From: a virus
Direction: 5' to 3' (one strand)
IMG/VR virus record: IMGVR_UViG_3300033153_004457
Coordinates: 7,122-71,121 of that record
DNA: 64,000 nt
Below are positions 57,800 through 64,000 of the stretch, one piece after another; position 1 is the stretch's first letter, and each line of letters begins with the position of its first letter. The notes beneath the pieces are model-generated. The model searched no databases. It saw only the letters and a program-made list of their open reading frames with translations, and was not told the origin of the DNA. Made by a program: the position numbers and the translations under genes.

Positions 57800-58588
57800 T
57801 CATGCGGCGGCTTGGTTGTAGGTGTCGGCGAGCTTGTTGTAAGCGGCGGTCGCGTTGTCGGTGTCGGTGAGACACGCTTGCACGGAGAGTTTCAGTTGAG
57901 CGGCACGGGCGAAGGTCGAGCGGCGCAAACCACTGTTCGTTGGGAGCTTCTGAGCGACTGTGTGCAAGCGGTCGATGCAGGTTTCGAGGTCTGTGATGGC
58001 TTTGTCTTGGCCGTCAAGAAGATTGATGAGAGTAGAGAGCTTGCGACCGGTGAGGTTTGCGGCGGCGGCTTCGATGCGGTCGGTGATGCGGTCGTGTTGA
58101 GCGTTGACGGCTTCGAGCGTTTGGCGTGCTTTGCGCTCTGCGACGAGGTGTTGATTGACGAGAAGGTATGCAGCGAAGCCGATTTCGTTGAGCGTGCGAG
58201 CTGTGAGGTCCGTACCATCGACCGTAAAGCAACCGGGTTTCTGTTGAGTGATCGAAACGCCCCATTTTTCGTTGTTGTAATGGCCGTTGCCATCGGAGAC
58301 GACTGACAACCGGCCTTCGTGGCCGATTTTATAGGTCGTGGCGGCGGGTGCGGCGGGTGCGACAGGGGCAACGGGTGCGGCGGCGGCGGCTTGGGCGGCG
58401 GTGCGCTTGGCGACGATATTGTGGTAGAACTTGTTGAGGCCAGCGAAATCGGACTTGGACACATCGGAGCGGTCGCGGAAGTTGTAGCGTGCGAGGACTT
58501 CCAACCAGAGAATCATGTGGAGAATGGCGACGAAACGTGGTGGGTTGCTGATGAGGGTTGCGACTGTGTAGGCTTTGCGGGTTGTCAT
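57800..58588 (-). CDS. Early hypothetical protein
   Basis: Start moved to MTTRKAY (AAGGAG SD); the ORF-track TTG is the promoter -35. Confidence 0.7.
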   Translation of the reverse strand: MTTRKAYTVATLISNPPRFVAILHMILWLEVLARYNFRDRSDVSKSDFAGLNKFYHNIVAKRTAAQAAAAAPVAPVAPAAPAATTYKIGHEGRLSVVSDGNGHYNNEKWGVSITQQKPGCFTVDGTDLTARTLNEIGFAAYLLVNQHLVAERKARQTLEAVNAQHDRITDRIEAAAANLTGRKLSTLINLLDGQDKAITDLETCIDRLHTVAQKLPTNSGLRRSTFARAAQLKLSVQACLTDTDNATAAYNKLADTYNQAAA

Positions 58589-58655
58589 TGTGAAACTCCT
58601 TGGTTTGTGGCCCGTTGGCCGTTTTGTTGTCGTTTGCTCTCTCGACTGTACTTCT

Positions 58656-58684
58656 ATTATACCAAGCCTAGATTGTAATGTCAA
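58656..58684 (-). promoter_or_regulatory. Perfect consensus sigma70 promoter
   Basis: TTGACA-17 bp-TATAAT with TG extended -10. Confidence 0.9.
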
Positions 58685-58789
58685 TCATACAAAGTCGATA
58701 GGGTATGGAAATCGTACAAACGGGTGTTATCCCTTGGGTTTTTCACGTTCCAAAAATGGAAGAAATGCTAGAAGAATGCAGGCTTTCGG

Positions 58790-59020
58790 CTAGTTATCGG
58801 CTGTGGTACATGACTGGCAATAGTTTACGAGGTCTTCATATGGGATACCCGTGCAGCGGTGGAGTGACACGAGGGTACTTACTTTTATATCCGTGTTCTT
58901 CCCGTTTACCAACGAGTTGATGTGGTTATAAGAAACCCCAACACTACGCGCTAGGCTCTCTTGACTGGAATTGTTCCTATTGAGCCAGGAACGGAGCGGA
59001 TTGAATGACGGTTTTCCCAT
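58790..59020 (-). CDS. Cro/CI-type HTH regulator
   Basis: SQESLARSVGVSYNHINSLVNGK...STLVSL. Confidence 0.8.
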   Translation of the reverse strand: MGKPSFNPLRSWLNRNNSSQESLARSVGVSYNHINSLVNGKNTDIKVSTLVSLHRCTGIPYEDLVNYCQSCTTADN

Positions 59021-59068
59021 GGTCTCTGTCCTCCGTGTCTATCAGCCTTCACAGGCGATGAAAAGGAC

Positions 59069-59097
59069 ATGATACCCTATCGACAATGCAAAATCAA
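59069..59097 (-). promoter_or_regulatory. Leftward promoter for HTH gene
   Basis: TTGATT-17 bp-TATCAT. Confidence 0.6.
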
Positions 59098-59180
59098 CCC
59101 AATACTTTCGACGGGCCAGAAAGCCTTGTGTCGCCCTAGTATCAACCCGTTCAAGACCTCTCGAAAAGTATAATTTTAGG

Positions 59181-59209
59181 TTGACTATACAATATATATA
59201 GGGTATCAT
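59181..59209 (+). promoter_or_regulatory. Rightward promoter for beta-clamp operon
   Basis: TTGACT-17 bp-TATCAT. Confidence 0.7.
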
Positions 59210-59290
59210 TTCCCGATTGCTTTCGTGTGACACTAAACAGGAAAGCGAATGATGTAACACAATGACGAACTAATGAAAGGACAGAACGAA

Positions 59291-60496
59291 ATGGGATTCG
59301 TAAAGAAATCACCAACCTCGAACGACAATCCAGAAAAACAGCTCTTGGCAGTCGTGAGCCGCATGGCACTAGGCGAAGCTCTAGCCGGTGCGGTTCTCGT
59401 GAAAGAAGCGATGCGTATTCATATCCTCGGTGATGTCGATGGCTTAACGGTTGTGGCCGATACGCCTTCCGGTTCTATGTTGACCTACACCGAAACCATC
59501 GAAGCGGAGAACACCGGCAAGGGCCGTACAGCGGTGGACACAAAGCTATTGACCACTTACGTCAAAGCTCTTCCGAAGGGTGGAACCGTTGAGCTGTCCC
59601 TGACACAGAGCGATAAACTGAGAATCGAACACAGCGATGGGCCGAAGACCGATCTGAACACCGTCGAACTCGAAGAGCCTGAACTCATTCCTATTCGTGG
59701 CGGTCTTGCGGTCGTCGATGTGAAGGCGTTCAATCTGGCAATCGACCAAGTTCTGTTCTCCGTTAGCACGGACGAAAGCAGACCCTATTGTACGGGTGTC
59801 TTTTTTGAACCCGGTGATGGTCTGGTGAAACTGGTCACGACCGATGGACACCGGCTTTCCTCGAAAGACTTACCGCTCACTCTTGGCAATTTCGGAGAGA
59901 ACGGAATCGTACCCGAACCGTTGTTAAAGCTCACAGCCAAGGCGTTCAAGGGCAATGTCGCAATCGGAATGCAAGTCACGATAGACGAAGAGGAAAAGTT
60001 CGACATCGAAACCAAACAGAACAAGACGGTCGAGTACGAGGTCAAGTGGTTCGTTGTGACCAATGGTAAACGGACAGTGTACACGAAAACGATTGTAGGT
60101 AAGTTCCCGAATTACAACTGCGTGATACCTGATCCAAGTCGCTGCAAGGGAGCACAGGCCGACAAGAAAGCATTGCTCGACTGTATCCCGCGCTTGAAGG
60201 TGACTGCAGACGATAATATGAACATACGTTTCTTCTTCAACCGCTCCGAACTCACCCTCAAGACAAACGATCCAGACAGGGGAACGAGTACCGAATACAT
60301 CGACCTCGTGAACTCGACCTTCGATGAATGCCTGTTGGGTTACAACCTCGTTTACCTCACCGATGCACTCAAACACATCAAAGGTAGAACGGTGAAACTC
60401 GAATCGACGGAGTGTGGACGGCAACCGCTGCGAATAACTGATACGAGCGATGACACGGTTCTCTATGTTCTCATGCCGGTGCGAATCGTAGTCTAA
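59291..60496 (+). CDS. dnaN: DNA polymerase III beta sliding clamp homologue
   Basis: FSVSTDESRPYCTGV, VTTDGHRLS, GKFPNY..VIP, GYN..YL.DAL, YVLMPVR; start at MGFVKK (AAAGGA SD). Confidence 0.92.
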   Translation: MGFVKKSPTSNDNPEKQLLAVVSRMALGEALAGAVLVKEAMRIHILGDVDGLTVVADTPSGSMLTYTETIEAENTGKGRTAVDTKLLTTYVKALPKGGTVELSLTQSDKLRIEHSDGPKTDLNTVELEEPELIPIRGGLAVVDVKAFNLAIDQVLFSVSTDESRPYCTGVFFEPGDGLVKLVTTDGHRLSSKDLPLTLGNFGENGIVPEPLLKLTAKAFKGNVAIGMQVTIDEEEKFDIETKQNKTVEYEVKWFVVTNGKRTVYTKTIVGKFPNYNCVIPDPSRCKGAQADKKALLDCIPRLKVTADDNMNIRFFFNRSELTLKTNDPDRGTSTEYIDLVNSTFDECLLGYNLVYLTDALKHIKGRTVKLESTECGRQPLRITDTSDDTVLYVLMPVRIVV

Positions 60497-60510
60497 GAAG
60501 GGAGCGTGAA

Positions 60511-60894
60511 ATGATCGACATCCACGACCTTACAGATGGTGACATTGTACGCAACTGCAAAAGCAATCTGGCCTATGTCGTCCACTGTCAGGACGGTAAC
60601 GCCGATACCCTGTTAGTGAGAACGACACGGTTACAGGCCAACACCATTGACAAATGGGAGACACCGCAGGGTGGGCCGGTCCCACTGAACATGCTGAAAC
60701 TCTTGCAGATCGGCGACACGCTCTATCATCGAGAGTCGAGCCGAACGAGAATCCCCTATGTGATGGTTAACTACCAAGGGAAAGAGCCGATCATGGTTCG
60801 CATACTCCGCGTCAACTTCGAGAGTCATTGGGATTTGGTATGCAAGAGTAAATTCATGAACGGGCGATGGGTCCGACCGAAAGGATGGAACTGA
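60511..60894 (+). CDS. Hypothetical protein (two SH3-like repeats)
   Basis: LTDGDIVRN / LQIGDTLYH duplicated pattern; SD present. Confidence 0.55.
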   Translation: MIDIHDLTDGDIVRNCKSNLAYVVHCQDGNADTLLVRTTRLQANTIDKWETPQGGPVPLNMLKLLQIGDTLYHRESSRTRIPYVMVNYQGKEPIMVRILRVNFESHWDLVCKSKFMNGRWVRPKGWN

Positions 60895-61112
60895 TGAATG
60901 GATATGCAATCATACACGGCCTGTGTATCACCTGCGGCAAGCCTATTTCGTTTCACCCTCATAAGGTTCCGAGCGTTCGTGTTGGCGGTGAAAGAGAACC
61001 GGTTTGCCGCACATGTATTGAGAAGGCGAACCCCGAACGAATCAAGAACGGCCTCGAACCGATCACAATCCAAGACGGCGCGTATGGAGCGTGCAGAGAG
61101 GAAGAGTTATGA
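60894..61112 (+). CDS. Small Zn-finger protein
   Basis: CITC...CRTC; TGATG coupling. Confidence 0.6.
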   Translation: MNGYAIIHGLCITCGKPISFHPHKVPSVRVGGEREPVCRTCIEKANPERIKNGLEPITIQDGAYGACREEEL

Positions 61113-61678
61113 GCGGCAAACATTTCCTGAAACGCTGTAGAGCCTGTCAGAAGCCGATGGGCCAGTTTCAACAACCGGCGACCGAGTACGAAATCGTGTG
61201 GGGCGTATGCGATGAGTGTAGGCTGTCAGGCGTGTATATCCCGCAACTCAAGGACAACGAGGTCCACTGTTCGTTCTGCGGCAAGCCTACCGACTACACC
61301 GGAACCCGCTTGTGCAATCCGTGTTGGGAAAGCGAGAAGGGTTTGGACACCTGGCTACGATACCCGGAAGCAAGGCATCACACGTCGAAACTACTTCGTC
61401 AGCACATCGACATCAACGTAGACCAATTCGTAATTTTCAGCCGTGACCACATCGCAGAGTACAACCGAGTGCAGACCGTTCACAAGCGGGTCTTGATGCT
61501 ACTCGATGAGCGGGAAGAGGCCGAACGAGAGAGTCATTGGGAGCACGACAACGCTATAAGAGCCAGTTGGTATTCCGAACTCGTCGACCGTCTTGCAGAA
61601 GTCATGAAGTGGGAACCCCGCAAGAGGCATGCTGTACCCGCACCAGAGAGGAAAGGAGAACCAAATGGTCAAGCGTGA
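61109..61678 (+). CDS. Cys-rich Zn-finger protein
   Basis: Four CxxC motifs; ATGA coupling. Confidence 0.6.
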   Translation: MSGKHFLKRCRACQKPMGQFQQPATEYEIVWGVCDECRLSGVYIPQLKDNEVHCSFCGKPTDYTGTRLCNPCWESEKGLDTWLRYPEARHHTSKLLRQHIDINVDQFVIFSRDHIAEYNRVQTVHKRVLMLLDEREEAERESHWEHDNAIRASWYSELVDRLAEVMKWEPRKRHAVPAPERKGEPNGQA

Positions 61679-62348
61679 AGTCACATTCCACGTCACCGCG
61701 AACCTCAAAGAGCTTATGGGACAGGACATGCAAGGCATGGACGAGGACGAAAAGGAAGCCTACGCAAGCGGAATCGGCAAACGATATTTCATGCTGTGCG
61801 AAGAGCTTCAGAAGTTCAAGGCCGGTTCTGAACGGTATCATTTCGCAATGGCTCTCATCGAGAAAGCCTTTGATGGCAAGTCTAAGAAGGATTGGCCGTG
61901 TAAGAAGGGTTGCTGCGAATGCTGTAAAATGTTGGTCACTATCTCGTGGAGCGAAGCCGCGATGCTGGCCGATTACATGTTACGCCTACGGCAGACCGCA
62001 CCGCAGATGGCAATGATAACTATCAGTGAACTCCTTGCTATGCGCCGCCTACCGCGTGACCCCGACGATTGGTATGGACTTCCAGAAGGCGACCGGACTT
62101 GTCCTTTCTTAGATGAACGCCGTGGCCTCTGTCGCGTGTACGCAAACCGTCCGCTTGCTTGTCGCTCGTACTACGTTATCACAGACCCTTCGCTCTGCGA
62201 GTTGAAGAAAGAGAAAACGGTTGTCGGCGTGGTCGGGAATGCACTGGTCGAGCTTCTGTTCTCCGCTCTGAACAAGGTCGAGGGAACCGGCTCGATGGCT
62301 GACATGATTGTACGAGAGCTTGGACACAAGGGAGGTTTGGTATCATGA
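61665..62348 (+). CDS. YkgJ/CxxCxxCC cysteine-cluster protein
   Basis: CKKGCCECC, CPFL, CRVYANRPLACR; start MVKREV (AAGGAG SD). Confidence 0.88.
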   Translation: MVKREVTFHVTANLKELMGQDMQGMDEDEKEAYASGIGKRYFMLCEELQKFKAGSERYHFAMALIEKAFDGKSKKDWPCKKGCCECCKMLVTISWSEAAMLADYMLRLRQTAPQMAMITISELLAMRRLPRDPDDWYGLPEGDRTCPFLDERRGLCRVYANRPLACRSYYVITDPSLCELKKEKTVVGVVGNALVELLFSALNKVEGTGSMADMIVRELGHKGGLVS

Positions 62349-62785
62349 ACACGAGAGAAACAGAAAACGCAATTCTCAACCTCGCAAGACGGACGACCGA
62401 CACCGGTTTCAACGTCCGATTGCTCACTCAGCTCTACGGAGTAAATCGAGACAAAGCGTGGTCCCTCCTCAGTCGGATGGTTAAGGCCGGTGCCTTGATA
62501 AGTCCCAAGCGCGGCCTCTATCAGCTCCCAAAGGGCGTTGAGCAAGGCAACCTCAGAGCCTCCAAGGAATTTTTCGAGAAAGCCTTTGAGGGTTATGACG
62601 TGCCGAAAGACCTCCGAACCGCATCCGAACGAATCGTTGCATCATATGGTATCAGAGGGATATGCGACCCGATGTACATCACGAATGTCATCGCGAACGA
62701 AATCGGACGTGGTGACGGCCAAGGCAATTTTTATTCGGACATCGAAGCCTGGAAAGACGCTCTGCAACAGAAACACAAGGACTGA
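62345..62785 (+). CDS. Hypothetical protein with winged-helix-like N-terminus
   Basis: LSRMVKAGALI...RGLYQL. Confidence 0.5.
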   Translation: MNTRETENAILNLARRTTDTGFNVRLLTQLYGVNRDKAWSLLSRMVKAGALISPKRGLYQLPKGVEQGNLRASKEFFEKAFEGYDVPKDLRTASERIVASYGIRGICDPMYITNVIANEIGRGDGQGNFYSDIEAWKDALQQKHKD

Positions 62786-62786
62786 C

Positions 62787-63518
62787 ATGCCATACCTCCA
62801 AATCACTACCGTCTGTAACATGACGTGCGCTCACTGCTGCTTCGATTGTAGCCCGGTCGGTGAACATATGCCATACGATGTGTGGAAACGCATTCTAGAA
62901 ATCAGCCCGGTCTATGTCACCATCGGTGGCGGCGAACCGACATGCCACCCACACTTCTGGGACATGCTGTACGAAGCTCTGGACGCGGGTAAGCAAGTAT
63001 GGATGACGACGAATGGCAAGCGTACTGATGACGCTCTGCGACTTGCCGAAGAGGTACACCACCGCAAGAACAAGCTCACCGTCCTACTCTCGCAAGACCA
63101 ATACCATGAACACGTTGACATGGAAGTGATCGAGGCGTTCGACCAAAAGTCTTTCGACGTGGACATAGAGAGGAATCAAGTAGCCCTCATCCGTAACAAA
63201 TACATCGGTATCAACGGCGCGGGCAACAAAAGCCTTGTACGCACAGGGCGTTCCGAGCGCGGCGACGAAACGAAATGTATCTGTCCGACGAATATGGTGA
63301 AACCGAATGGCGACGTTCACGAATGTGGATGCATCGGCGCGAAACGCCTTGGTAGCGTGATGCTCACGATGCCAAAGTTCATTCCTTTGCCGGGTGAATT
63401 CGACGAAATGCCAGACATAAACCTCACATACGAACGGCCTATCGATTACCTTGGCGGTGCCTCGTGTAGCTTCGGACTCGAAACCACATTCAAATCGAAA
63501 GAGGAAAAACACATATGA
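62787..63518 (+). CDS. Radical SAM protein with twitch/SPASM-like C-terminus
   Basis: CNMTCAHCC, GGGEPT, TTNG, C...VKPNGDVHEC; start moved to MPYLQITT. Confidence 0.88.
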   Translation: MPYLQITTVCNMTCAHCCFDCSPVGEHMPYDVWKRILEISPVYVTIGGGEPTCHPHFWDMLYEALDAGKQVWMTTNGKRTDDALRLAEEVHHRKNKLTVLLSQDQYHEHVDMEVIEAFDQKSFDVDIERNQVALIRNKYIGINGAGNKSLVRTGRSERGDETKCICPTNMVKPNGDVHECGCIGAKRLGSVMLTMPKFIPLPGEFDEMPDINLTYERPIDYLGGASCSFGLETTFKSKEEKHI

Positions 63519-63724
63519 GAAAACCCAAAGTGCATGTCGACGAACAACGGAACAACCGCATCGCTCTCGTTGTGCTGTGCGGCAGACGCAACACACCGCG
63601 AATGAAAACGACAACCAATCCCAAAACCGCAACGTGTCTAAGCTGTCTTATATCTCACCACAAGCGAAACCGGGAACACCTTGCGATGCACGCAGAGGGA
63701 AACCTATTCGCCAACTATCAATGA
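63515..63724 (+). CDS. Small hypothetical protein
   Basis: ATGA coupling; LCG...TCLSC. Confidence 0.5.
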   Translation: MRKPKVHVDEQRNNRIALVVLCGRRNTPRMKTTTNPKTATCLSCLISHHKRNREHLAMHAEGNLFANYQ

Positions 63725-63732
63725 GGTGAAAT

Positions 63733-64000
63733 ATGAAACCCGTCACCCTACTTCGTAACACGGTCTTGCGGGCGATAGATGAAGCCGCTGAGACGACCCA
63801 TTGCCCGCACGCTAGAGCCGCCGCTAAAGAGGTCCACGGGCTTTTCTCGACCTCGACCGGCAACCGCTTCGAGGTCGGTCTCGTAATCGCTAGGATCGCA
63901 GAGGCCGCCGCAGCAAACCAGCACCTCGAAACCGCAGAAGAGGCAAACCTTGAACGAGCCGTAGCAGAGGCGAAAGCCGATGCACTCGAAGGGAGCGATG
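63733..64000 (+). CDS. Hypothetical protein, partial
   Basis: GAGGTG SD, ATG 63733, open to window end (MKPVTLLRNT...). Confidence 0.55.
   Translation, partial: MKPVTLLRNTVLRAIDEAAETTHCPHARAAAKEVHGLFSTSTGNRFEVGLVIARIAEAAAANQHLETAEEANLERAVAEAKADALEGSD

Noticed and set aside
57800-58684. ORF-track start at 58684, and similarly 32420, 33592, 44291, 47924, 56387, 62538
   Set aside because: Better downstream starts with SD or stop-start coupling; 58684 lies in the -35 box
36-58700. Many plus-strand ORFs (e.g. 28853-29761, 50691-51557, 53029-54210, 57692-58306)
   Set aside because: Antisense shadows of well-supported minus-strand genes; no motifs

Overview
This window is part of a tailed dsDNA phage genome with a contractile tail (myovirus-type). 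Bases ~500-52,070 form one minus-strand late operon. In order it encodes an RHH protein, large terminase, PBSX-like portal, an inserted ParB-like plus twin radical SAM cassette, head morphogenesis protein, XkdF-like protease, scaffold, major capsid and ~11 uncharacterised head-region genes. These are followed by neck, sheath, tube, a chaperone with a -1 slippery site, tape measure, baseplate, a large fibre/receptor-binding array and an M15 endolysin with membrane proteins. Bases ~52,200-59,020 (minus) hold early/middle genes (NAD-dependent ligase, DUF932, two genes behind near-consensus sigma70 promoters, an HTH). From 59,291 a divergent plus-strand operon encodes a beta-clamp homologue, a YkgJ-type Cys-cluster protein and a third radical SAM enzyme. 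No tRNA, CRISPR array, integrase or reverse transcriptase was seen. The main leads are the ParB plus twin B12-type radical SAM cassette in the packaging module, an identical N-terminal tag (MGFVKK) on ligase and clamp, a modular anchorless receptor-binding array with in-frame junctions and a fusion-compatible direct repeat, and two candidate structured RNAs. All family calls come from motif recognition and synteny, not database searches. Several starts were moved from the ORF track using SD and overlap evidence.
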